Made by a program: the position numbers and the translations under genes | Notes under the pieces: model-generated | What the model was told of the DNA's origin: nothing | The model's input: the letters and a program-made list of their open reading frames with translations, nothing else | The model's database searches: none | Assembly (NCBI GenBank): GCA_014905635.1 | Contig: JABVCE010000021.1 | Location: 558,001-622,000, forward strand | DNA length: 64,000 nucleotides | Direction of reading: 5' to 3' | DNA from: Scenedesmus sp. PABB004 | Taxonomy: Eukaryota | Shown here: positions 51,181-63,579 of the stretch, piece by piece | Layout: each line of letters starts with the position of its first letter | How positions within the stretch are numbered: position 1 is the first letter of the stretch

Positions 51181-52232
51181 ATGTTTCCGGTGCGCGTCAC
51201 CGACGACACGGCGCGCCGCGGCTCCTGGCGGCCTCAGCGCTCGCGCATGCGCCACTGCTGCTGCCGCAGGCGCAGCAGGCTCGGGGGGAGCAGTTCAAGG
51301 AGCTGGCCGACATGCCCAGCCAGGTCCGGCCTGCAGCTGAGCCGGCGGGCGCGGCGCGCATGCCTGCCCGCCGGGCGGCCCGCCGCTGGCGCGCAGTGCG
51401 GCGGCTCCCGCTGCTGCTTCACCCCTCGCGCGCTCCCCGCCGCCAGGGCACGCGCGAGGTGGAGGGCCTCGCGTTCAAGATGGCCAGCAACCTGGGCAAG
51501 CTCAAACGCAAGGTTGACCTGCTCGGCACCGCAAAGGACACCGTGCAGCACCGGTGCGGGCGCGGCGCGCGCCCGCGCGGCGGCACGGCGCAGCGGCCGC
51601 GCCGCACGGCCGTGACGCGCGCCGCGTGCCGCAGGGAGGAGCTGGGCGCGCTGAACCGCTCCATCCAGGCGGCCGCCAAGGCGATCAAGGCGCAGCTCGA
51701 GGCGCTCAGCCGCGAGCGCGCCGCGCTGCCGGAGCCGCAGCAGGCGAAGCTGCGCAAGCTCGTGCAGGACTTTGCCGCCACGCTGCAGGACTACAAGGCC
51801 GCGCAGAAGGTCGCCGCCGAGCGCGAGGCGCTGTACCTGCCGCGCACGCCGCCGGCGGCGCCCGCACGCGGCGGCGGCGGCGGCGGCAGCGCCGCGGCGG
51901 CGGCGGCCGGCGGCAGCGAGGCCGACGTCGAGAGCCAGGCGCTGCTCGCGGAGCGCGCGCAGCTGGAGAGCGCCGCGCTCGACGGCAACATCGCGTACCA
52001 GGAGGCGCTCATCGAGGAGCGGGACCAGGGCATTGCGGGTGCGGCGCGCGCCGCGCGCAGCGCACGGCGCCGCGCGCCGCACGCCGCTCGTGCCCACCGC
52101 CACCCTCACCCGCCGCGCCGCCGCGGCCGCAGAGATTCAGCGCCAGATCGGCGAGGTCAACGAGATGTTCCAGGACCTGGCCGTGCTCATACACGACCAG
52201 GGCCAGCAGCTCACCACGATCGACACGCAGGC

Positions 52233-52285
<53 letters not shown>

Positions 52286-52544
52286 CTCGGCGGCGGCCTC
52301 GGCGGCGGCGTGTGGGGACACGCGCGCGAGGGCCGCGCAAGGGCGACGAGCGCGCCCACGCTGCCGCCCCTGCCGCCGCCGCCGCCGCCGCCAGATTGCG
52401 TCGACCACAGAGCGCACGCGCGAGGGCCACCGCCAGCTGGTCAAGGCGGAGCGCAGCCAGCGCGCCGCGCGGAACAAGTGCCTCATGCTCTGGCTGGTCT
52501 CGGGCCTGGTGCTCGCGGTCATCCTCATCGTGCTCTTCGCGTGA
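51181..52544 (+). CDS. Qa-SNARE syntaxin of the SYP2/Vam3/Pep12 type
   Basis: LLGTAKDT, KLRKLVQDF...QKVAAERE, LIEERDQGI.EIQRQIGEVNEMFQDLAVLIHDQG and a C-terminal TM segment. Five introns. Confidence 0.9.
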
Positions 52545-52590
52545 GGCCGGGCTTGCGGCCCGGGACCCGCCCGCGCGGGCGGGCTGTGGC

Positions 52591-53256
52591 CCGCCAGGCT
52601 GCTCCGCCGCGCGGGCACGCGTGTACTGTACAGCAGCGGGCGCGCAGCGTGCGTGGCGTACGAGGGAGCGTGCGTGCATGCGTCGTGCACGGCAGTCCGG
52701 CCAGGGCGCGGGAGCGCCGCCCCCGACGACGCCGGCCGCGGGTCTTCGGGGGGGGGGGGGGCGTTTGAAAAGCGCGACTCGGGGCTTGCGGCGCCGCCGC
52801 CGCCCACGCCGCCGCCGCCAGGCTGCTCCGCCGCGCGGGCACGCGTGTACTGTACAGCAGCGGGCGCGCAGCGTGCGTGGCGTACGAGGGAGCGTGCGTG
52901 CATGCGTCGTGCACGGCAGTCCGGCCAGGGCGCGGGAGCGCCGCCCCCGGACGACGCCGGCCGCGGGTCTTCGGGGGGGGGGGGGGGCGTTTGAAAAGCG
53001 CGACTCGGGGCTTGCGGCGCCGCCGCCGCCCACGCCGCCGCCGCCAGGCTGCTCCGCCGCGCGGGCACGCGTGTACTGTACAGCAGCGGGCGCGCAGCGT
53101 GCGTGGCGTACGAGGGAGCGTGCGTGCATGCGTCGTGCACGGCAGTCCGGCCAGGGCGCGGGAGCGCCGCCCCCGGACGACGCCGGCCGCGGGTCTTCGG
53201 GGGGGCGTTTGAAAAGCGCGACTCGGGGCTTGCGGCGCCGCCGCCGCCCACGCCGC
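52591..53256. repeat. Three tandem copies of a ~225-bp unit
   Basis: Units start at 52591, 52815 and 53041 (periods 224 and 226). They are near-identical apart from poly-G length and one extra G. Confidence 0.95.
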
Positions 53257-53434
53257 GATCGCAGCCCTCCCGCACACTCCCCGCGCCGCACAGCGCGCCA
53301 GCGAGCCCGCCACCAGGAGCCGCAGGAGCCCGCCGCCGGCGCTGCCGCCGTCGGTTGCGCGCGCGCTCAGCCCTGCCTCGCGCCCAAGCCGCGCCCCGCC
53401 TCCGGAGGAAGAGCCTCGCGCCCCACTCGCGTCC

Positions 53435-56400
53435 ATGTCCGCCCTCCTGGCCTCCGGTGAGCGCCCGCCGCGCAGCGCCCGGCCTGGCCGGGCACAGCCA
53501 TGCAGGCAGCGCGCTTGCGCGGCCGGGGGCGCCCCGGGGCGCACCAGCGGGCGCGCCGGCGTCGCCTGAGCATTGCTGCGCGGCCGTTGCGCGCGGCAGG
53601 CCGCGTGGACGCGGACGCGTCGGTCGACCAGGAGCGCTTCGCGGCGCTCATGGAGCCCAAGAGCGCCTCGCGGGGTGCGCGGCGCGATCGGCCGCGCCGC
53701 CGCGGCCCCGCGCGCGCGCGCCCGCGGCCGCCGCCGCTGCTGCGCGCCCGCGCCAGCAACCGGCGCCGCGCTCTCGCCCGCCGCCCACGCGCCGCAGGCG
53801 CCCGGCCGTTCCTCAACCTCCCGGACGCGGCCGTCCGCGGCGGCGGCCCCGACGCCGACGGCGCGACCGTGCAGCCCGGCGGCCTCGACCGGCCGCTGAA
53901 CGCCTACGCGCCGCCGCCGGGCGCGGCGCTCACGCCCGACGCGGGCGGCCCGACGCCGCCGATCACCGCGCGCGCGAGCCTCAGCGCGAGCCAGAGCCTC
54001 GACTACCGCAGGCGCGGCGCGCCGCCGCGGCGGCACTGAAGCGCTCGGCACGCCGCTCTCCCCTCCCCTCCTGCCGCCGCCGCTCCACCCCCGCCCCACC
54101 CACACAAACACCCCCGCCGCCTCCCGCTGTGCAGCAAGCAGCTCGCGCTGCTGGGGCCGCTGCGGCCGCAGCCGACCAAGATCTGGAAGCGCAAGTTTGT
54201 GAAGGTCATGGTCGTCGGCGACAGCGGCCTCGGCAAGACCACGCTCATCAGCGCGCTGCTCAGCAAGCCCGGGGAGCAGCTGCAGGCGCGGCGGCCGCGC
54301 GGCACGGCGGCGTGGGGCTGCAACGGGCCGGCGGCGGCTGCGCGGCGGTGGCGGGCTGCGGGCCGCGGCCCGAGCCGCCGCCCCGCCGCGCCGCACGGCG
54401 GCCCGCAGGTGCACGACGGTACCAACACGCCGCTGGGTCAGTTCCTGAAGGACCCCGACTCCCTCGTCACGCGCGTGACGTGGAAGGACGAGCAGGACAA
54501 GGCGCGCCCCGCGCCCGCGCCCCCGCCCGCCCGCGCCCGCGGCGGCGGCCTGGGGCGCGCCGCGCGGCGCGCCCCGCAGCGGCGCGCGACGCCCGGCCGA
54601 GGCCGCCGCCCGCGCCCCCCCGCTGCGCAGGTGGTGTGGGTGTTCCGCGTGCAGGACACGCCCGGCTATGGCGACGAGCAGGACATCAGCAAGCACATCG
54701 GGCTCATCGTGGGCCACATCAACGCGCAGAACCGCAAGTGGCTCGGCATGGAGAGCGCGCGCGACCGGTGCGGGGCGGGGCGGGCCTTCCGTACGCGGCG
54801 CGCGTCGCCCGTGCGCCGCCCACCCACACGCACACTCACACGTCCAAACGCGCCGCCGCCCCTGCCGCCACTCCCCACCCACCCATCCACCCACCCACCC
54901 ACACACACCCAACCACCCGCAGCTGCATCGACCTCATCGACGTCGAGGACCCCCGCGTCGACGTCTGCCTCTACTGCCTCCCGCCCCACCGCCTGCGCCA
55001 GAACGACGTGCGGTGCGTGAGCGCTCGTCGTCGAACCCTGCGCCGCGCGCCGCCGCCGCCGCTGCCGCGCGCCGCCGCGGTGCGCCGCCGCCGCCGCGAG
55101 GCACGGTCGTGCCTCAACGCGCGCGCCCGTGCTCGCCGCCGCCTTGGCACATCAGGTACATGGCTGAGCTGTCGCGGCACGTGCCGATCATCCCGGTGAT
55201 CATGAAGGCCGACACGATGACCATCCACGAGGCCACGCGCTTCAGGCAGGAGGTCGTCAACCGCCTGCAAAACCCCGGTGCGCGGAGCCCCGGAGCCGTC
55301 AAGCCGCCGCGGGCGGGGCGCTGCCGCGCGAGGCGGACATCTTCCTACGCCGCAGGCCGTGCCCTGCGCCACTCACGCCCCCGCCCGCGCTGCGCCCTCC
55401 GCCGCCGCCGCCGCCGCGTCGCGCGCGCAGCGCTGTCTGGCGTGCGCGGCAAGATCGAGACGTTCACGTTCAGCCCCGGCACGATGGAGCGCGCGGGCCT
55501 GCCCGCGAGCGCGGCGATGAGCATCCCGCCGTTTGTGGTCATCGCGTCAAACGACATCAACCAGGCCGCGCTGCAGGTCGGCCGGCCGGCCGCGCCGCGC
55601 AGCCCTCCGCGCCGCGCGCCGCGCCGCGCCGCGCCGCGCCGCGCCGCGCCGCGCCCGTTGCCGCCGCGTCGTTGAATGTGCGCCGCCGCGCGGCCGCAGG
55701 ACGACCCGCCGACGTACTGGCCGGAGCGCAGCTACAAGTGGGGCACCGCCGAGGCGTTCAACCCCGACCACAGCGACCTGCTCTTCCTGCGGTGCGGGGC
55801 GCGGGGCTCAGGGCTCAGCGGGGCGCGCCAGGGCTCAGCGCGGCTCGGCGGCGCCCGCGCGTCCGGGCGCGGGCCCGCCGCCGGCCGACCGCCGCGCGCG
55901 CCTCCGACCCCCGCACGTGCCGCCGAACGCCGCCGCGCAGCTCGCTGCTGATGGCCGAGGCGCTGGAGGAGGTGTCGGTGGACAAGCGCGCGCGCTACGA
56001 GGAGTGGCGCGCGGCGCACCTGTCGACGCCGCTGTTCTCGGGCCTGCGCCGCCGGCTGACGCGCTTTGCGCTCGCCACCGTCGCGCCGGCGGCGCTCTTC
56101 GTGTTTGCCGCCCAGCACGGCTTTGACCGCGCGCGCATGCTCGACGCCGCGCGCGACGCGGGCACGCGGGTGCGCGCCGCGCGAGCTGCCCGCGTGAGCA
56201 CTCGCGCGAGAGCCGCCCGCCGCCGCGCAGCCGACCACCGCCCGGCGGCGCCCCCCGCCGCAGGCCAAGGACCACGTGCTGCGCAAGGCCCGGCGCGGCA
56301 GCGCCAAGGCGGCGCCCGCGCCCGCGCCGCGCGCGCCGCCCGTGCCGCTCGGCGGCGAGACCGCCGCCGCCGCGGCGCTGCGCGAGGCCGAGGCGGCCAT

Positions 56401-56506
56401 CCTCGCGGCCGAGGCGGCGCAGGCGGCGGCGCTGGAGGAGCTGCAGCGCAGCCGCGCCGCGGCGGTCGTGCCGGCGCCGCCGCCCAAGAAGAAGGGCTGG
56501 TTCTGA
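53435..56506 (+). CDS. Algal septin GTPase; 12 exons
   Basis: KVMVVGDSGLGKTT (G1), QDTPGYGD (G3), DPRVDVCLYCLPPHRL, IIPVIMKAD (G4) and ERSYKWG...HSD (septin unique element). Exon 1 MSALLAS is followed by a GTGAGC donor at 53457. Confidence 0.92.
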
Positions 56507-57011
56507 TGGTGAGAGCGAGGCACGCGCGCGGCCGCCCGGCGAGTCCGCTGCGGTGGCGGGCGCGCCCCCGGCGCGCGGCGCTGCTGGGAAGCAGCGGCCG
56601 GGCGCGGGGCGCGGGGCTGGCGAGAATAACTCGGCGGCGATGCATTTCGTTCTTCGCTGTGTGTCTAGGTGTTTAGCTGGCAGATATCATCGATGCGGCG
56701 GCAGGCAGAGGCGAGACAGGCAGAGCGTTGCGTGCGCGAGAGCGCGGGGCGGCGGCGGCGCGGGCAGACCCAGGGCGCGCGCGAGTGGCGGCGGTGTAGG
56801 CCAGCGCACGACGGCGGCTCGGCAGGGCGCGGGGGCGGCGGCCGAGGGCTGGCTGGGGCGTGTGACCCCACGGTCGTTGCGCGTCGGTCACGTAATCGAC
56901 GGCGCACCCTGCCGCGCTCCCGCCCGCTCGAGCCCCAAGCCCCTCCCGCCCGCCCGCCCGGCCGCCGAGCCTCGCCCTGCCCCCGCCCCTCCCTCGCGCC
57001 GCCCGTCCCCG

Positions 57012-60000
57012 CTACTGCCACTTGGCCTTGAGCTGCGTGCGCGCGCTGCTGACCGCGGCGACCCACGTCCCGACGGCGAGCGCGGACAGCGCGACGACGA
57101 GCAGCCCGTAGCTGAAGTCGGGGGCGAGGCTGTCAAAGTGCGCCGCGGGCGTGAGGCGCGTGAAGAACAGGTCGGCGCCCCACGCAAACACGAGGCTCGT
57201 CGACTCGAGCACCGTCGGCGCCGCGAGCACGCCGCGCAGGTTGACCACCTGCGCCCGCGGCACGGGCGCGCGTGCGCGGGCGGGGGCGGGGGCGGGGTCA
57301 GCCTCGGCGTTGGCGGCTCGTGGCCGTCGGCCGGCCGTCGCTGCGGCTGCGGCGCGGCGCCCTGCGGCCTCGTCCCCCCACAGCCAGAGCCCTCTGGGGC
57401 GACCACGTGCCTGCTTGTCCTGGGTGGCGTAGGCGAGGGTCGAGAAGATGACCAGCTCGCTGTACGGCAGCAGGCGCTCCTCCGCCTCGGCGGGCGTCGG
57501 CTTGGGCGTCAGCGGGCGGCGGGGGTCGAGGTAGCGCTTGTCCAGCGCGTACAGCTGCGCGCCAGCAGTGGGCGGGGCGGGGAGCGGGCAGACGGCGGGG
57601 GTTAGAAAACACGATAACAACGGTGTGATTATGAACGACAAATGACGAGCTTTGAACGCTGGCGCGCGCGCGCGCGAGGCGGCGGCGGAGGGCGTCGCGC
57701 GGCGCGCGCGCGCCTGGTCGCTGGTCGTCGTGACGAGGAGCTGCTTGGTCGTGATGCCCTGCTTGCTCTGCGTGACGCCCAGCCCCGCGACGCCGTGCTG
57801 CATGAAGAACGACTGGCTCAGCACCTCGAGCGGCGGCGGGGCGTAGCTGGAGAGCGTCGCCGCGCGCCGCCCGCCGCCGAGCAGGATGGCGGGCAGGGAG
57901 AGGTTGTGGTGCGACGCCTCGTAGAGCTCAACCACGGTCGCCTGCGCGGTTGAGGGTGCAGGGCCGAGGGTTCAGAGGAGGGCTCAGGGGGTTGACGGCG
58001 CGGCGGCGCGCGCGCGCGGCGCGGCGGCGCGGGGGGCACAGGCAGCGCGGCGAGCGCGCGCGCCTGCTGGCGCAGCGAGGCGAGGTCGCGCAGGGTGTAC
58101 ACAAACCAGTTGCCCGACGCGACCGCGTGCACCGGCCCCGCCGCGCCGGCGTGGACCGCGGCGTGCAGCACGCTGCCCGTCACGGTGTCGAGCAGCGTCA
58201 CCGACACGCCGCGCGCCTCGCGCGACGCGCCGCCGCCGCCGGCGCCGCTCGGTGTCGCCGTGGCGATGAGGAGGAGGTTAGGGTTCAGGTAGTTGTACTT
58301 CAGGCTGCGGTCGCCGAGCACCTGCCGGCACGCGGGCGGGCGCGGCGCGGCGGGCCGGCGGCGCGCGCAGGAGCTCAGGGGCGCGGCGGACGCGCACGGC
58401 GCGGGCGCGCGCGCGCGCGGGTGGAGGCGCGCCGCGCGGCGCGGGCGTGGGCGGACCTTGACGTAGGAGTGCACGGGCTCGGCGGGGTCCTTGGCCGCCA
58501 TCGCGAGCAGCGACCCCGGCAGCACCGCCTGCCACGCCGGCACGACCGGCACCGCGCCGCCGCTCGCGGCGGCGGCGCCCGGGGCGACGCGATAGCCGCG
58601 CAGGACGGTGGCCTCGCGCTCCGGCGCCGACAGCCAGAAAAAGGTGCTCGCCGCGGCCGCCGCGAGCTGCGCCCGCACCGCCGGCGTGTCGGGCGTGAGC
58701 CGCACGGTCGGCAGGCGCGGCTCGTCGTCGCCGCCGCCGCCGGGCGGCGCATCGACCAGCAGCAGCGCGTACTGGTCCGCCGCGCCGTCGTGCACCGGCT
58801 GCGGGAGCGGCACGACCTGCGGCGCCGGCGCCGGCGCCGGCGGGCGTGAGCTGCGCGTGGACGGCGCACGCCGCCGCCGGCGGCTCCCTCCCAGGATCCC
58901 TCCTGCGGCCCCAGCGCGCACCTTGTCCACGGCGTACGGCAGCGTCGCGTCCTCCAGCGTCTCGCCCGTGTGGGCGTTGGCCAGCAGCAGCGCCGCGACG
59001 CCGGCGGGGCCGGGCGTCACAACGGCGAGCTGCGGCGCGTGGGTGAGGTCGTGGAACCGGCGCCACAGGCGCAGGTGCTGCAGCGGCGCCGCCGGGGCGG
59101 CGCCGCCGCCCGCGGCCGCCGCCGCGGCCGCCGCGGCCGCCGCGGCGGGCGCGTTTGACGCCCACAGCACGCGGCCGTCGCCGCTGTGCAGCGCGAAGAG
59201 CTTGCCCGGCGCCGTGAGCAGTAGGATGGCCTTGCGGAAGCCGTTGGTGTCGCGGAAGGGCAGCGTGTTGTCGCTGCGGCGAGTGCAGCGGGCGCGGCGC
59301 GGCGGGCGGTCGGCTGCCGTGCCCGCGGCGCGCCCGCACGGCAGCTGCGCCGCCGCCGCCCGGCACCCGCGCGCCTGCGCGCGCGCGCCCACCTGAGCGC
59401 CTGCCGCAGCGCGACGTGCTCCTCCCTCTCCTCCGGCGTGCTCATCTTGAATTGCACGAGCGCACCGAGCACCTGCAGCCGCGCCCACTGGCGCAGCTTC
59501 GCGCGGTCGCTCAGCAGGCCGCGCAGGCCGGGCTTGGCCGCGCCGGCGCCGCCGGCGGCCGCCGCGGCGGCGGGGAGGTCCACCATCAGGCTGCCGCAGC
59601 CCGCGGCGAGCGCCTCCTCGCGCGTCCACGCGACGGCGCCGCCAGACACGAGGCTCAGCTGGTCGTCCGACCACAGCAGCGCGAGCCGGGAGTCCGCGAG
59701 CGCCGCCGCCTCGCCGTCGGCGGCCGCCGGCGCGGCCCAGGCCGCGACCACGCGCGGCGGCGGGCCCGCGACGGGGTAGGCCGGCGGCGGCACGGCGACG
59801 CTGCGGGTCTCCAGCACCTTACTGGTCGCGGCGTCAACGAGCTGCAGCTCCACCGCGGCGCCGTCGGCGCTGGCGGCCGCGAGCGCGAGCGCGTCGCCGT
59901 CGCTCGGCACCGCCGCGGCGCCCGCAAACCACGCGACGCGCACGGCCGCGCCGCCCGCGCCCACGCGCAGCAGCGCGACGCCCGCGGGCGACCCGAGCGT

Positions 60001-61146
60001 GAAGCGGCCCGCCCCGGCGGGCGCGAGGCGCAGCGCCGCGGCGGCGCCGGCGCCGAGCTCCGGGCACAGGCTCGCCAGGGGCGCGCAGGCGACGCCGCTG
60101 TCCGCGCCCGCCACCGCCACGCCGCAGAGCTGCCGGCCGTCCTGGGTCAGCATCGCGGCGGCGTCGCCGCTCACGGCCGCGGCGCCGCCGAGGGCGGCCG
60201 CCGCGGTGAGCGCGGCGCTGCCCTCGGGCACGCCGTCGTCGGCGGCGAAGCGCGCCACGTGCACGGCGGCCGACCCGGGTGTCGACGCGACCACGCTCAC
60301 CGCGCCGCCCTGCGGCACCAGCAGCAGCGCGGGCGCCTCGCCGGCGACGCCCTCCAGGTCCGCCGACCAGAGCTCGTCGCCCCTGGCCGCGGACAGCAGC
60401 TGCGGGCGTGCGTGCACGCGCGGGGGGGGGGGGGGAGGGGGGGGGGGGGCAGCGCGACCGTCGGCGGCTGTGGGGCCCGTCCCGCCGGCGACGGCTCCGT
60501 GTCGCGCGCGCCGCGCAGCGCGCCGCCGCGGGCGCCGCCGCTGCGCGCGACGCACCTTGACCTTGCCGCCCGCGGCCACCGCCACCGCGGGGCCGCTGCC
60601 GAGCTCCACGACCGCGATGTCGGGCGCCGCGCCCACTGCCGGCGCGCCCTCAAACGCCTGCGCCTCCCACCTGCGCGCGGCCGGCCGCGGCGGCGGTGAG
60701 CGAGCGGCCGCGATGGGCCGCAGCCGCGGGTCGCAGCCGGCCGGGCGCCGCGCACGCGGCCGTGTGCCGCGTGGCCCGCACCTGAAGCCGCCCCCGGTCG
60801 CGTCCCACGCGCGCACGACCTTGCCGCCGCGGCTCGCCGCCAGCACGAGCGCCGGCTTGGCCAGCAGCGCGGCCTTGGCCAGGCGGTCCGCCTCGCCGTG
60901 CTTGTGCCGCCACGCGACGCCGCCGCCGCCCGCCTGCAGCGACGCAAGCAGGCCCTGCCCGCCGCTCGTCAGGAACAGCCGCTCCTTGCCGGGCAAGAAG
61001 CCCACCCAGGACGGCGCGCCCACGCCCTGCTTGTACCAGTCGTAGGTGCCCGCCTGGTCCTCGTACATCGCCGCCGCGGGCGCCGCAAGCGCTGCGAGCA
61101 GCAGCAGCGCGGCCGCGCCGCCGCCGCCGCGCCGCGCGAAGCCCAT
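57012..61146 (-). CDS. EMC1: ER membrane protein complex subunit 1
   Basis: Signal peptide then MYEDQAGTYDW. DTNGFRKAIL, VHSYVK|VLGDRSLKYNYLNPNLL, GVTQSKQGITTKQLL, LESTSLVFAWGADLF, FDSL and a C-terminal TM ending LKAKWQ*. Eight introns. Confidence 0.95.
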
Positions 61147-61480
61147 GGCGCGCCGCTGGGTGCGTGGGCTGCGCGTGCGTGGCGAGGGATCAGGCGGTCA
61201 TCGGGCGAGCGGTGGCGCGCCCGCTGAGAGCGTGGGGAGGGAGTGCGCCGGGGGCGTGATGATCACTGCTCTCCTGCCCTCCTGCGCGCCGCGAGAGAGG
61301 CGCGACCGGTCTGGTGTGGCGAAGCGTGGCGTGGCGGTCGTCCCCCCGGCGCAGGGCTTGGTCAGGCGTTGCAGGGCTCAGCGCCGCGGCGGCGCAAGCG
61401 GCCGGCGTTGTGTGCGTGCGCGAGCCCCCGCTCCACGCGCCGCCACTTCCCCTCCGCCCCGGTGAGATCGCGCCGTGACC

Positions 61481-61599
61481 ATGAGCTGCGGCGTAGACGA
61501 GGACGACCTGCCCGGGCTGGCGGCGCCGGCGCACGGCTGCGGCAGCAGCGGCTGCGGCAGCGGCGGCTGCGCCGGCCAGGACGGCGCGGCGGCGGCGGC

Positions 61600-61643
<44 letters not shown>

Positions 61644-63274
61644 GCAGCTTCGGCAGCTGGGTGCGGCGGCAGCAGGCGCCCGAGCCGCCGCCGCCGCCGC
61701 CCAGCGACGCCGCTGCGCCGCCGGCGCCGGGCCTCGGGCCGTGCCGCAAGTGCAAGCAGCGCCCCGCGGCCGTGCTCATCCGGCAGGCGGAGCCCTTCTG
61801 CCCCGCCTGCCTCGAGGCGGGCGTGGCCAACAAGGCGCGGCTGGCGACCAAGGGCGCGGGGCTGGTGGCGCCGGGGGACCACGTCGCGGTCGCCCTGAGC
61901 GGCGGCGCGGCCTCGCTCGCGCTGCTGGCGTCGCTCCTGGGCATGCGCAGCGCGGAGGCCCGCCCGGCGCGCCCCGAGAAAGGCCGCGTGCCGTTTGCGC
62001 TCAGCCTGCTGCATGTCGACTCGAGCGCCGCGGCGGGCGACGCGGCCGCCGAGGCGGGCGCGGCGCTCGCGCGGCTGCGCGCCGCCGTCGCCGCGGCGGG
62101 CTGCCGCGAGCCGCTGCTGGTGGTGCAGCTGCAGGACGCGTTTGCAAGCGACGCGGAGCTCGGCGACGCGCTCGCGGCGCAGGCGCTCGCGGCGCGGCTC
62201 GCGGACGCGCGGCTGCAGGAGCAGGGGCAGCACGCGCAGGAGCAGGGCCAGGGCCCAGAGCAGCAGCAGCAGCCGCAGGCGCAGGGGCAGCCGCAGGGCC
62301 AGCAGCAGCCAGGCGCCGCCACGGCGCAGCCAGCGGGCTCTGACCCCAGGCTCGCGCGGCTGCACGCTCTGCTGGCCGCGGTGGCCGACCCCACGGGCCG
62401 CGAGGACGTCGCCGCGCACCTGCAGGACGCGCTGCTGCGCCGCGCGGCGGCCGCGGTCGGCGCGGGCCGGCTGCTGCGCGGCGACTGCGCGAGCCGCGTC
62501 GCGGCGCGGGTCATCGCGGACGCCGCCAAGGGCCGGGGCTTCTCGCTGCCCGCCGACATCCAGGCGCTCGACGCGCGGCACAGCGGCGGGCCGGTCGTGG
62601 CCTACCCGCTGCGCGACGTCACGCGCGGCGAGGCGGTCGCGCTGTGCGCGCACCGCGGCCTCGCCTGGGCGGAGCGCGACGGCGCGGCCGCGGCCGCGGC
62701 GCCCGCGCGCGGCGCCGGCGGCCGGGGGAGCGGCGGCAGTGTCAACGCGCTCGCGGCGCGCTTCGTGGAGGACATGCAGCGCGGCCTGCCCGCGTCGGTG
62801 TACACCGTCCTGCGCACCGCGGCGCACCTGCAGGCGTTTGACTTCAACCTCCCCGACGCCGTCCCCGCGGCCGCGGCGCACGCGGCGCGCGCGGCCGCGC
62901 GGCGCGGCGGCGGCGGCGGCAGCGAGCAGCCGGAGCAGGCCGCGGCCGCGGCGGCGCCGCGGCGCCCGCGCGGCGGCGGCGCGTGGCGGCTCTGCGGCGT
63001 GTGCGCCGCGCCGCTGCCGGACGGCGAGCCCGCGCCGTGCGCGGCGGCCGACGCGCGCGCGCTCGCGCAGCGCCGCGCGCTGGCGGGCCTCGGCGGCGAG
63101 CACGCGGCCGCGCTGTGCTACAGCTGCAACCGCCAGGTGCTGCAGCGCCTCGCGCCGGGCGACGGTGGCGGCGGCGGGCTGGCTGCGCTGCGCGCGCTGC
63201 TGCCGCCGGGCACACTGCTGGACGACGACGACGAAGACGACAGCGGCGGCGGCGCAGATGACGGCGCGCGTTGA
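61481..63274 (+). CDS. CTU2: Cytoplasmic tRNA 2-thiolation protein 2 (intronless)
   Basis: CRKC...FCPAC, VALSGGAAS, LRGDCASRVAARVIADAAKGRGFSL, YPLRD, SVNALAARFVEDMQ...SVYTVLRTAAHL, CGVC and LCYSC. Confidence 0.92.
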
Positions 63275-63579
63275 AAAAAAACCTGTGCCGAGCTACCACG
63301 ACCACGCCTTTGGCGGCCACTCCCGGGACGCGGCTGGCACGCACCGCGCCCACGCAGCGGCGAACGCAGTGCCAGCAGCAGCGACGCCACCCAGCACGCC
63401 CGCTCGCTCCGCGGACGCGCTCGCAACATGCTGCTGGCGCGTCGTGTGGGCGTGCCGGCCCGGGCGCAGCCGTCGGCCGCGCGGAGCTGGTGCGTGGACG
63501 CACGTCGAATGCGTGCCATGGCGCGCCCCGCCCGGCGCTACAGGCGCCGCAACGCCGCAACGCCACGTCCGATCGACAC

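Noticed and set aside
52591..53256. CRISPR array or LTR element
   Set aside because: Contiguous tandem units with no spacers, TG..CA ends or coding region.
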